From the NCBI GenBank assembly GCA_951406725.2, contig OX597818.1, positions 54,002,001-54,066,000 of the forward strand: a DNA stretch of 64,000 nucleotides. Reading direction: 5' to 3'. Under the pieces are notes generated by a model. The model searched no databases, was not told where the DNA came from, and saw nothing but the letters and a program-made list of their open reading frames with translations. Below are positions 36,929 through 49,566 of this stretch, one piece after another. Every line of letters starts with the position of its first letter. The first letter of the stretch is position 1. The DNA comes from Octopus vulgaris (lineage: Eukaryota). Both the position numbers and the translations under genes were made by a program.

Positions 36929-38996
36929 TACACATACACAGGAGGTGATGCCAAAAAGTTTGTGGCTTTAACCTTTTCGTTACTCACCTGGCTGAAACCG
37001 TCTCTGGCCCTGTAGTACAAATGTCTTGTTTTCATAAGTTTTGAATTAAAATCTTCCACCAAACCTTAGTCACAATTTATGTTCTTAACACCAGCTTAAT
37101 GATAACGAAGTTATCTTACTAAATTCTTTGTTATATCTAAAATAATTAAGAGAAACACAGAACATCTCAAAATAAATACCGTAACGAAAGGGTTAAATCA
37201 AGGGACCTCAAACAGTTTGAAGTGGCACCAAAACTTAAAAGGGCCTCAATAAATTCAGAGTCACTTAAATTTAATGGCTTTTTAATCTACCAGGGCCTGA
37301 TAAATGAAAAGGGGCTCAAAAATTTTAAAAGGACTGTCAAACATTTGAGATCTTTATTCCTAAATACTTTGAATTATGTTGTATTATGAACACAATATTG
37401 CTGAAATAAATCATGGAAGAATTATAATTACTCTAAAATCAAATGATGTGATACAGTTTTTATTACTGCAGTTTATGAAAATAAAACATAAATTTAAAAA
37501 ATGGGATTGCAAAAGGCCTTGTTAGGGACCTATCCTTCTGAGTACTTTGGAAAACTGAAGATTGCTGCAATAAAGGTATGAATCCGAGAGGGGAATATGC
37601 TGAATAAAATCATAATTAATTGATCCTCCTGTATTTTCTTTTACCCAAAGCCAGGAACTTTTCAGTGACCCCTTATGTGGTGGTAAAGTATGTTAATGAG
37701 GACACACCATGTAGTGGGGCAGTGCATTAATGAGGGTAAGTTGATTGGTGTAGGTATGTCTTAGAGAGGGCATGTTGATTGGTCAGGGGCGAATGTTGGT
37801 GGTGTAGTGGTAGAGCACAATGTGTTGTGCTGTATTCCTTGCAGCAATATCTGTGTGTCTGCAGTTGCAGTTAAGGGCTTCGTTCAATAAAAAAAAAAGA
37901 AAGAACAAAAAACAAACAACAAACTACTTTTTTTTAATGACTGGCATCCGTGCTAGCGGGGTGCAAAGAGCACCATATGAAAGTGATCCTTGACAGAGTG
38001 GCTAACCGGCTTCCGTGCCAGTGGCAGGTAAAAGGCACCATTCGAGTGCGATCGTTATCAGTGTCGCCTTACTGGCACTTGAACCCCGTGCAAGTAGGGT
38101 GCCAAGAGCACCATCTGAGCGTGATCATTGCCAGAGCGGCTAACTGACTTCCGTGTCGGTGGCACGTAAAAGGGCACCATTCGAGTGTGATCGTTATCAG
38201 CATTGCCTTACTGGCACCTGTGCTGGTGGCATGTGTAAAAAGATTCAAGCGAGGTCGTTGCCAGTACCGCCTGACTGGCACGTAAAAAGCACCCACTACA
38301 CTCTCGGAGTGGCTGGCATTAGGAAGGACATCCAGCTGTAGAAACTCTGCCAGATCAAGATTGGAGCCTGGTGCAGCCATCTGGTTCGCCAGCTCTCAGT
38401 CAAAATCGTCCAACCCATGCTAGCATGGAAAGCGGACGTTAAACGATGATGATGATGATGATGATGATGATGCATTCTTTTATAATGCCAGAATATGAAA
38501 GTGAGAGGTGTTAAGTCTCTCTTTTGGACTAATCTCATTACAATGACAGGTAAATAAGATTTCCTCATGCAGAAAGATAAATGAAAAAACAGGAAGCAAG
38601 CGAGAGAGAGAGAGAAAGGGAGAAACAAACTTTGTACTGATTTCCATTGATTGACCTTGAGTAAAAATTACTAGTAAAGATTTGTCAATCATTTGGTACA
38701 CCAGTCTTTAAGTGCATTTTTCAAACAGACTGATAAAATAGTAATTAACTGGTCCGCTGGGAACTAGCAATTAGTCAACCAACACTCTGTGTTTTCCTTT
38801 GTCTGTTATGTTACACACATGTGTGTGTGTGTGTGTGTGTGGCATTGAGTTGAGGAATTTGGCTTTGTTTGATAGGCTAGATGCCCTGATAAACAGGACA
38901 GGGTTAAGAACAGAGCCCCAGTGGACACTAACTTGCACTTCATACTCTTTACTGAACTCAATTTCCACTCCTCCCTTTTCTTTAGCATTTCCTTAA

Positions 38997-39704
38997 CCCT
39001 TTCGTTACTGTATTTATTTTGAGATGCTCTGTGTTTCTTTCAGTTAATTTTAAATATAACAAAGAATGAAAAGAATGGAAATAGTAGTTGTGATACCTGT
39101 GCCGGTGGCACATAACAAGCACCATCCGAACGTGGCCGTTGCCAGTGCTGCCTTGACTGGCTTCTGTGCCGGTAGCACATAAAAAGCACCATCCGAATGT
39201 GGCCGATGCCAGCGCCGCCCCGACTGGCTTCTGTGCCAGTGGCACATAAAAAGCACCATCCAAATGTGGCCGTTGCCAGCGCTGCCTTGGCTGGCTTCCG
39301 TGCCGGTGGCACGTTAAAAGCTCCAACCGATCGTGGCCGATGCCGGACCCCCTGGCACCTGTGCAGATGGCACGTAAAAAGCACCCACTTCACTCGCGGA
39401 GTGGTTGGCGTTAGGAAGGGCATCCAGCTGTAGAAACTCTGCCAGATCAGACGGAGCCTGGTGCAGCCCCTGGCTTCCCAGACCCCGGTCGAACCGTCCA
39501 ACCCGTGCTAGCGCAGAAAACAGACGTTAAACGATGATGATGATGATGATGAATTTAGTAAAATATCTTAGTTATCATTAAGTTAGTGTTAGGAACATGA
39601 ATTGTGACTAAGGTTTGGTGGAAGATTTTAATTCAAAACTTATGAAAACAAGACATTTGTACTCAGAGCCAGAGCCGGTTTCAGCCAGGTTGGTAACGAA
39701 AGGG
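38997..39704. mobile_element. piggyBac-type MITE (TTAA TSD) interrupted by an RTE 3' fragment
   Basis: TTAA|CCCTTTCGTTAC ... GTAACGAAAGGG|TTAA. Uninterrupted copies at 36972-37192 and 39933-40133; partial copies at ~16385-16553 and 51840-51869. Confidence 0.85.
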
Positions 39705-40959
39705 TTAAGGGATGCCCTTCCTATCATCAAACACTTTACAATGTGAACTGGGTGCATTTTTTTTTTGTGAAACTAGTACTGTGGAGGTTTTCTTCCCAGA
39801 TGAAAGTGTATATTTTTCACCATGAGAGGTTGTTGAATGTGAAAAATGTATGGAAAGAAAAGGGTCTACCTGATGTTTACCCGAGGGGCCTGCTATTAAG
39901 GTAGATAATTATATAGTCAAAATGTCTCTTATCCCTTTTGTTACCAACTCGGCTGTACAAATGTCTTGTTTTCATAAGTTTTGAAATAAATCTTCCACCA
40001 AACCTTAGTCACCCATTTATGTTCTTAACACTAACTGAATTATAACTAAGTTATTTTGCTAAATTCTTTGTTATATTTAAAATTAATTGAAAGAAACACA
40101 GAGCATCTCAACAGAAATACAGTAACGAAAGGGTTAAGGACATGCTAACAATACACAGAGGTGCAATCAGAAGATTGAGGAGTGGAAACCCTGGATACCC
40201 TTCCAAATGCCAACCACTTTACATAGTGTACTGGGTGCTTTTTATGAAGCACCATCACCAGTGTTTTTTATGTGTCAACATCACTGACAAGGTCAACCTT
40301 AAAACATAAAAAAGGGCAAAATATATACAAAGTGGCCCAAAAGTATGTATACAGTTATCACGTTTCCTGGTTTCTATGGCGTATGTGTTCCCCAGCTGAA
40401 CAGGACGCCAGTCCATTGTAGCGTTACTCATTTTTGCCAGCTGAGTGGACTGGAGCAACGTGAAATGAAGTGTTTTGCTCAAGAACACAACGTGTCTCCC
40501 GGTCCAGGAATCGAAACCACAATCTTACGATCATGATGCTGACACCCTAACCACTAAGCCACGTGCCTCCACATGAAAGCATTATTCTATGTTAATTTAA
40601 TTAATTGTTAGATAGAAATTTATATGTAATAAAATGTTTTAAAAGAAATGTAGAGTGCCCACGTGATAACTGTATACATACTTTTGGGCCACTCCGTATA
40701 TATTTTGCCCTTTTTTATGTTTTAAGGTTGACCTTGTCAGTGATGTTGACACATAAAAAAACACTGGTGATGGTGCTACATAAAAAGCACCCAGTACACT
40801 ATGTAAAGTGGTTGGCATTTGGAAGGGTATCCAGCTGTGGACACCATGCCAGAACAGACAAATGGAGCCTGGTATGGTTCCCAGCCTTGTCAGCTCCAGT
40901 CAAATCATCCAATCCATGCCAGATGTTAAATTATGATGATGATGATGATAACGATGATG

Positions 40960-40993
<34 letters not shown>

Positions 40994-41445
40994 CAGAGGG
41001 AGAGAGAGAGAAAGAAAGAAAGAGGTAAATAAACCAATAAATAGATAGATAGGCACAGGAGTGGCTGTGTGGTAAGTAGCTTGCTAACCAACCACATGGT
41101 TCCGGGTTCAGTCCCACTGCGTGGGATCTTGGGCAAGTGTCTTCTACTATAGCCCCGGGCCGACCAATGCCTTGTGAGTGGATTTGGTAGACGGAAACTG
41201 AAAAAAGGCCGTCGTATATATGTATATATATATAAGTGTGTATGTATATGTTTGTGTGTCTGTGTTTGTCCCCCTAGCATTGCTTGACAACCGATGCTGG
41301 TGTGTTTACGTCCCTTTCACTTAGCGGTTCGGCAAAAGAGACCAATAGAATAAGTACTGGGCTTACAAAGAATAAGTCCCGGGGTCGATTTGCTCGACTA
41401 AAGGCGGTGCTCCAGCATGGCCGCAGTCAAATGACTGAAACAAGT

Positions 41446-41494
<49 letters not shown>

Positions 41495-41864
41495 TTAATC
41501 ATAAGGAAACATTAAAGTGTCTACCTGCTAGAAATGAGAGTTAAACTCCTCATTTGGACCATGAAAACATTAACATTGAAATAACAGAATCAACAGTGGA
41601 TCAAAAAAAAAAAAATCTTCCACAAATTCTTTGGTAGTCCAAATGAGGATTTTAACTCTCATTTCTAGCAGGTAGACACTCTAATGTGTCCTTCTGATAA
41701 ATATAATTTCAACTCTATAGTTATATAATGCTGTTTTAGGCTTGCAACGACCTATATTAAGGTTGCCTTTGTTATCACCTATTTGTATAGCCTTCAATAA
41801 TAATAGCACTATCAATATCTATATAAATATTTGCTTCTGAATAGTTTTGCTGCTGATATATATA

Positions 41865-43162
41865 CACACGAGGGGCGTTCAATAAGTAATGCCCTTGAAC
41901 CACTTCCCATAGCAGTAGAGCAACGAAACTCGGCACAGGTATTAGTCTTTTTCTACATAGGAACCACCCAGAGTTACGCATTTCTCCCATCGTTTGATGC
42001 AGCTCTGGAGACTGTTTTTGTAGAAGACCCCAGCTTGGTCCTCCAACCACGACGTGACTTCAGAAATCAAGGTTGCATCATCTGGGAAACGCTTTCTTTT
42101 CAAAAACAACTTCATGGCTGGGAAGAGGTGAGAATCAGAGGGTGCAAGGTCAGGAGGGTAGGGGGGATGGGGGAGGAGTTCATAGCCGCACGCCTGTGCT
42201 TCTGATCTGGCGACACGCGAGTTGTGGACCGGAGCGTTGTCCTGCAGGAGGAGGATGCCTTTGCTGATCTTGCCCCGCCTCTTGATTTTGATAGCTTCTC
42301 TTAATTTCCTCAAAAGTGAAGCATATAGGCTCCTGTAATTGTGGTACCCTTTGCCAGGAAATCTGTCATCACTACTCTGTCCTGGTCCCAGAAGACTGTG
42401 AGCATGACCTTGCCAGCGGAGGGCTGCACCCTTGCCTTCTTTGGAGGAGGTGAGTCACGGTGCTTCCACTGCATTGACTGGGCTTTGGTCTCTGGATCAT
42501 AGTGATGGACCCAGGTTTCATCCTGTGTAATCAGTCTTTTGAAACATTTTGACTCATCTTCTTGGCACATCTCCAAATTCATCCTCGAGCACTCAACGCG
42601 TTCTTGCTTCTGGAAAGGTGTGAGCAACCTGGGAATCCATCTGGCAGACACCTTTTGCATATGCAAATGGTCATGAATGATAGTTTCCACAGACCCGGTA
42701 CTAATCTTGACCTCATGGGCTATTTGGCGAATAGTTATGCGTCGATCTTCCAAAATGGCAGCCTCAACTTGACAGACAGATGCCTCATCAATGGCAGAAG
42801 CGGGGCGATCAGATCTGGGAGCTGTTTTCACAGAGTTCCAATCATGTTTCAATTCACGATGCCAGCATTTTACAAGGTCATATGATGGGGCATCATCACC
42901 ATAAGTTACTTTCATTTCATCAAAAGTCTCCCGTGATGTGCGTCCTTTCAAATACAAAAACCGGATCACTGCTCGACACTCAACAGGCTCCATTTCACAC
43001 TTGACTCAGTTGAAACACCTGTAAATCAGAAACCACAATTAGTTCAGAGCTGTAATTTGCCACTTACTCTATAGATATAAATAATTGCACATGCAAAATT
43101 TCAGCTAGATGAAACAACTGCAAGTGGGTCAGAGGCATCACTTATTGAACGTCCCTCGTGTG
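41865..43162 (-). mobile_element. full-length mariner (DD34D) transposon, ~1.3 kb
   Basis: TIRs CACACGAGGG(G/A)CGTTCAATAAGT(A/G)ATGCC at both ends, flanked by TA. Transposase motifs WIPRLL, QDETW, QDNA and YPPDLAPSD, with 34 residues between the 2nd and 3rd Asp. Confidence 0.95.
41942..42993 (-). pseudogene. mariner transposase with one 1-bp frameshift near 42325
   Basis: ORFs 42993-42310 and 42313-41942 join as ...GAY(Y)ASLLRKL... if one base is restored, giving ~350 aa. Confidence 0.9.
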
Positions 43163-43363
43163 TATATATATATATATACACACACACACACTCTTTTACT
43201 CTTTTATTTGTTTCAGTCATTTGACTGTGGCCATTCAGGAGCACCACCTTTAGTGGAGCATATAGACCCCAGGACTTATTCTTTGTAAGCCTAGTACTTA
43301 TTCTATCGGTCTCTTTTGCCGAACAGCTAAGTTACGAGGACAAATACAGACACACAAACGTAT

Positions 43364-43408
<45 letters not shown>

Positions 43409-43826
43409 TACGATGGGCTTCTTTCAGTTTCCATCTACCAAATCCACTCACAAGGCTTTGGTCGGCCTGATGCTATAGTAGAAGACACTTGCCCAAGGTG
43501 CCACGCAGTGGGACTGAACCCGGTTGGTAAGCAAGCTGCTTACCACACAGCCACTCCTACGCCGATATATATGTATGTATAGGAGTAATTGTGCTAAGAA
43601 GTGTTTACGTATAATTACAATTTAGGTTAGTTTAGATATGTTTGTCACATATTTCAACTGCTAAAGGCAAATACACTGCAGTTATTGTGGAGAAAAAAAA
43701 AACTCTCTTATGGTAAAAAAGGTGTGAAAACACCCCGTTTATTCAGTGTTGCCCTCTCTCGGTGATCTCCTAATGTATCTAAGAGAGGTAACCCTGAACG
43801 AGCTGATAAAGCTTATATAAATAATA

Positions 43827-44174
<348 letters not shown>

Positions 44175-44698
44175 CATCATCATCATCGTTTAACGTCCGT
44201 TTTCCGCGCTAGCACATGTTGGACGGTTCGACCAGGGTCTGGGAAGCCAGGAGGCTGCACCAGGCTCCAGTCTGATCTGGCAGTGTTTCTACAGCTGGAT
44301 GCCCTTCCCAACGCCAACCACTCCGAGAGTGTAGTGGGTGCTTTTTACGTGCCACCGGCACAGGTGCCAGGGGAGTCTGGTGCTTTTAACGTGCCACCGG
44401 CACGGAAGCCAGTCAAGGCGGCGCTGGCATCGGCCACGTTCGGATGGTGCTTTTTACGTGCCACCGGCACAGGTATCACAACTACTATTTCCATTGATAT
44501 TTATTTCGATGTTCATGTACTTGACTCAATAGGTCTCCTCAAGCACAGCGGGATGTTCTGAAATCCAAGGTACTTCGAATGGGCAGTGGCTATGCAGAAC
44601 TGGTGCAGGAAGCAGCTCGGGTCTTTGCAGTCACAGCATATCTCCAGAGATCTCAGTCCTTCATCATTGCCTCTGTGAGGCCCAACGCCCTGAGGTCA

Positions 44699-44738
<40 letters not shown>

Positions 44739-46759
44739 ATGCATGTATATATATGTATATATATATATTTAATTTTATAACACCAAGTAAGTTAGGGGTT
44801 ATGGATCCAACCCACTAAGGGATAATATTTATCCAATATACTGTTGGTATAGTACCCAAATTCTTAATACATAAATGTTTTTAATTGCAATGCAATTAAC
44901 TTATTTATTGTATTAAACAGGTGAATGTAAAGAAATATTTTACCATTAATTTATGATACAAATAAGAAAATGGAAAAACAATTTAGTTGCCATTTTCTTA
45001 CTTGTATTATATATATGTGTGTGTGTGTGTGTGTAAAAACATACATACATGCATAGGAGTGGCTGTGTGGTAAGTAGCCAGCTTACGAACCACATGGTTC
45101 CGGGTTCAGTCCCACTGCGTGGCACCTTGGGCAAGTGTCTTCTACTATAGCCTCGGGTCGACCAAAGCCTTGTGAGTGGATTTGGTAGATGGAAACTGAA
45201 AGAAGCCCGTCGTATCTATGTATATGTATATATATGTGTGTGTGTGTGTGTGTGTTTGTCCACCCCCAACATCGTTTAACAACCGATGGTGGTGTGTTTA
45301 CGGAACTGAAAGTAGACGGAAACTGAAAGAAGCCTGTCGTATATATATATATATATATGCGTGTGTGTGTTTGTGTTTCTCCCCCCTAGTGTTGCTTGAC
45401 AACCGATGCTGGTGTGTTTACGTCCCCATCACTTAGCGGTTCGGCAAAAAGAGACCGATAGAATAAGTACTAGGCTTACAAAGAATAAGTCGTGGGGTCT
45501 ATTTGCTCGACCAAAGGCGGTGCTCCAGCATGGCCACAGTCACATGACTGAAACGAGTAAAAGAGTATGCATAGATATAAATACATATACACATTATTCT
45601 CTTTACTCTCTTTTACTCTTTTACTTGTTTCAGTCATTTTGACTGCGGCCATGCTGGAGCACCGCCTTTAATCGAGCAACTCGACCCCGGTACTTATTCT
45701 TTTGTAAGCCCAGTACTTATTCTGTCGGTCTCTTTTGCCGAACTGCTAAGTGACGGGGACATAAACACACCAGCATCGGTTGTCAAGCAACACTAGGGGA
45801 AGAAACACAGACACACAAACACACACACGCATATATATATATATATATATATACGACTTCTTTCAGTTTCCGTCTACCAAATCCACTCACAAGGCTTTGG
45901 TCGGTCCGAGGCTATAGCAGAAGACACTTGCCCAAGATGCCACGCAGTGGAACTGAACCCGGAACCATGTGGTTGGTTAGCAAGCTACTTACCACACAGC
46001 CACTTATTATGGAGAATAGGTTAAGTCCACTGCCAAATTAACGTCACTACCAACATCTTTTTCGTCACCATGACTACCACCGCCACCCACCCCCCCTCTT
46101 TCCTTTCGCAACCATCACACCTAGTGTACTACCAAAATGAACCACAAAATATAATACCCTAGAAAATTGTACAAATTATTTAGTTCAGAGTGAAGGAAGT
46201 AGCTCCGGTCGGTCATCGGTACATTTGTAATGACCAGTGCTATCGGACACTGTCATTGTATGCTTGATAACTGGTTACCAAAGAACAAACAAGTGATTAG
46301 TAGGTGAGAGCAGAAACTAAACGAACTCTACTAATTATTATCCGAGAAACCGAAGCAACAGGGTTTTAAAAAGGCAACATGACTGTAACGGACAAATAAG
46401 GACAAAAGGCAATCACATCTTGCGGTCTGTCTGTCAGTCCATCACTTTTGTTATTTGTCTGTGAGTGTAGAGTAGAGTAGAGTAGAGTAGGTGGTGTAAT
46501 TGTCACAGGAAATGGATGAACGTTACATTCTGAAGAGGGAAACGAAAGACACTAAGAGCAACTCAAAGAAATAAAGGAAAAAAAAAAAAAACAAGGTGAA
46601 AATTAAACAATGAAAAAACATGAACGCACAGATAGACACATATATACACAAATATACACACACTCAGAAAACATACTCGTGCACATACAAACACACACAC
46701 ATATACATACACATAAATTTATGAATATACAAATATATCTATACATACTATATATATAA

Positions 46760-46854
46760 GTATCTATCTATCTGTCTGTCTGTCTCTCTGTCTATCTTTC
46801 TGTCTATCTATCTATCTGTCTATCTATCTATCTATCTGTCTGTATATCTATCTA

Positions 46855-46912
<58 letters not shown>

Positions 46913-47006
46913 CGTCCGTCCGTCCGTCCGTCCGTCCGTCCATCCATCCATCCATCCATCCATCCATCTATCTATCTATCTATCTATCTATCTGTATATC
47001 TATCTA

Positions 47007-47052
<46 letters not shown>

Positions 47053-47101
47053 CGTCCGTCCGTCCGTCCGTCCATCCATCCATCCATCCATCCATCCATC
47101 C

Positions 47102-47133
<32 letters not shown>

Positions 47134-47170
47134 GTATATCTATCTATCTAGCTATCCATCCATCTATCTC
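46760..47170. repeat. compound tetranucleotide microsatellite (TCTA/TCTG/TCCG/TCCA)
   Basis: Read directly from the sequence. Confidence 0.95.
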
Positions 47171-47935
47171 TCTCTTTTCTCTTTACTCTTTTACTTGTTT
47201 CAGTCATTTGACTGCGGCCATGCTGGAGCACCGCCTTTAGTCGAGCAAATAGACCCCGGGACTTATTTTTTGTAAGCCCAGTACTTATTCTATCGAGTGT
47301 GATCGCCTTACTAGCACTTGTGCTGGTGGCACGTGAAAAAAACATTCGAGCGAGGTCATTGCCAGTGCCACTGGACTGGCTCCTGTGCCGGTGGCACATA
47401 AAAAGCACCATTTGAGCATTGCCATTACCAGTACCACCAAACTGGCTCCCGTGCCGGTGGAACGTAAAATCACCCACTACATTCTCAGAGTGGTTGGCGT
47501 TAGGAAGGGCATCCAGCAGTAGAAACTCTGCCAGATCAGATTGGAGTCTTGTTCGCCAGACCTCAGTCAAATCGTCCAACCCATGGTAGCATGGAAAGTG
47601 GACGTTAAACGATGATGATGATGATAATATGTAATGTATAATTGCTTAGCAGTATTTCGTCTGCCACTACGTTCTGAGTTCAAATTCCGCCAAGGTCGAC
47701 TTTGCCTTTCATCCTTTCAGGGTCGATTAAATAAGTACCAGTTATGCACTGGGGTCGATATAATTGACTTAATCCGTTTGTCTATCCTTGTTTGTCCTGT
47801 CTGTGTGTAGCCCCTTGTGGGTAGTAAAGAAATAGATAATATGTGATTCATAGCCTGATACATCAGGGGGCTATGTTTATGAGTACTATCAGATTAGTTA
47901 AATCCTTATATAATGAATTGAATTGAAAATTGAAA

Positions 47936-48331
47936 TCTTTATATATAAAAGTGAGGTTGTGTGCTGTCTGTCTCCTCCGATTTAGATTCCTAACTACTCC
48001 CACATTTTGCGGTGCAGTTTAACCAAAAGCGGGTATCTTATAGTCGTGATTCATATCGAGCCCTTCTGGGTATCAGCGCACGTCTACGATGAGTCTACGA
48101 TTTAAAAAAAATTTGCCATCATTTTTTTTCCATTTTAATGCATTTTTTTCGCTATTAAATAAGGGAAGTAACTCTCTAAAATGTCTGATGAGTCAACGAT
48201 TTAAAAAAAATTACCATCATTTTTTTCCATTTTTAATGCATTTTTTTGCTATTTTTTGGTTATAACTCTCTAAAAATGCTTATATAGTTATTTCCCTTAC
48301 AAACCCGAGCCACGCCGGGTGATACTGCTAG
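47936..48331 (+). mobile_element. non-autonomous Helitron, same family
   Basis: A|TC...CCCGAGCCACGCCGGG..CTAG|T. Confidence 0.88.
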
Positions 48332-48709
48332 TTGAATCTAAAAATGAATTGAAAATGCTTTGTGCCCTTCTGATTTCATGTTCTGCTGAGGTCAGCTTTG
48401 CCTTTCATCCTTTCACGGTTGATGAAATAAGCACCAGAAGAACATTGTGGTCAATGCAATTGATTTACCCCCTCTCTTCAAAATTGCTGGCCTTATGCCA
48501 AAATCAGATAGAATTGCTATTATTAATAGAAGAGAAGGAAGCGGACAATCACTAGGAACCTGGGGGAAGAAGGGGGCTGAAGAATGTTGGGATGACTTAA
48601 GAGAAATGGCACAAGATTATCATGTTTGGTGAAAGTTCAAAATCTGATGCATCTCATAGGCATGAGAGGATTAGAGATAAGTATGGCATCTATATTTTCT
48701 ACAATTCTA

Positions 48710-49310
48710 CGGCGGTGAGCTGGCAGAACCGTTAGAACGCCAGGCGAAATGCGTAGCCGTATTTCGTCAGCCGTTACGTTCTGAGTTCAAATTCCGCCGA
48801 GGTCGACTTTGCCTTTCATCCTTTCAGGGTCGATAAATTAAGTACCAGTTAAGTACTGGGGTCGATGTAATTGTCTTAATCCATTTGTCTATCCTTGTTT
48901 GTTCCCTCTATGTTTAGCCCCTTGTGGGTAGTAAAGAAAAAGGTATTTCGTCTGCCGCTACGTTCTGAGTTCAAATTCCGCCGAGGTCGACTTTGCCTTT
49001 CATCCTTTCGGGGTCGATAAATTAAGTACCAGTTAAAGTACTGGGGTCGATGTAATTGTCTTAATCCGTTTGTCTGTCCTTGTTTGTCCCCTCTACGTTT
49101 AGCCCCTTGTGGGTAGTAAAGAAATAGGTATTTCGTTTGCCGTTACGTTCTGAGTTCAAATTCCGCCGAGGTCGACTTTGCCTTTCATTCTTTCGGGGTC
49201 GATAAATTAAGTACCAGTTAAAGTACTGGGGTCGATGTAATTGTCTTAATCCGTTTGTCTGTCCTTGTTTGTCCCCCTCTATGTTTAGCCCCTTGTGGGT
49301 AATAAAGAAA
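48710..49310 (+). mobile_element. SINE family B trimer ending ~70 bp before exon 3
   Basis: Same unit structure as 2870-3597. Confidence 0.82.
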
Positions 49311-49383
49311 CATATATTTTCTACAATTTTGATGTTACCCACAATTTATAAACTAAATGTTTTTTTCCTAATTTTGGTTTCAG

Positions 49384-49452
49384 CTATGTCCCTTGGAATC
49401 TGCACGAACCTTCTCCAAACCACTATGTATTTTACGGAATGTTAGACTTAAT
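49384..49452 (+). CDS. GH35 beta-galactosidase-1-like gene, exon 3
   Basis: tttcag| ... |gtaagt. Encodes YVPWNLHEPSPNHYVFYGMLDL(M), containing the GH35 YVPWN.HEP motif; phase 2-2. Confidence 0.95.
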
Positions 49453-49566
49453 GTAAGTGATGCTTTCATAATTCTTTTATCTTTTACTTGTTTCAGTCAT
49501 TGGACTGTGGTTATGCTGAGGTACTACGTTGGAGGGTTTAGGTGAACAAATCAACCCTGGTTCTCA

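Noticed and set aside
46180-46450. CpG-containing unique segment with a GT donor-like site, faintly similar to ~11800
   Set aside because: No ORF or acceptor, and the similarity is too short to distinguish from chance.
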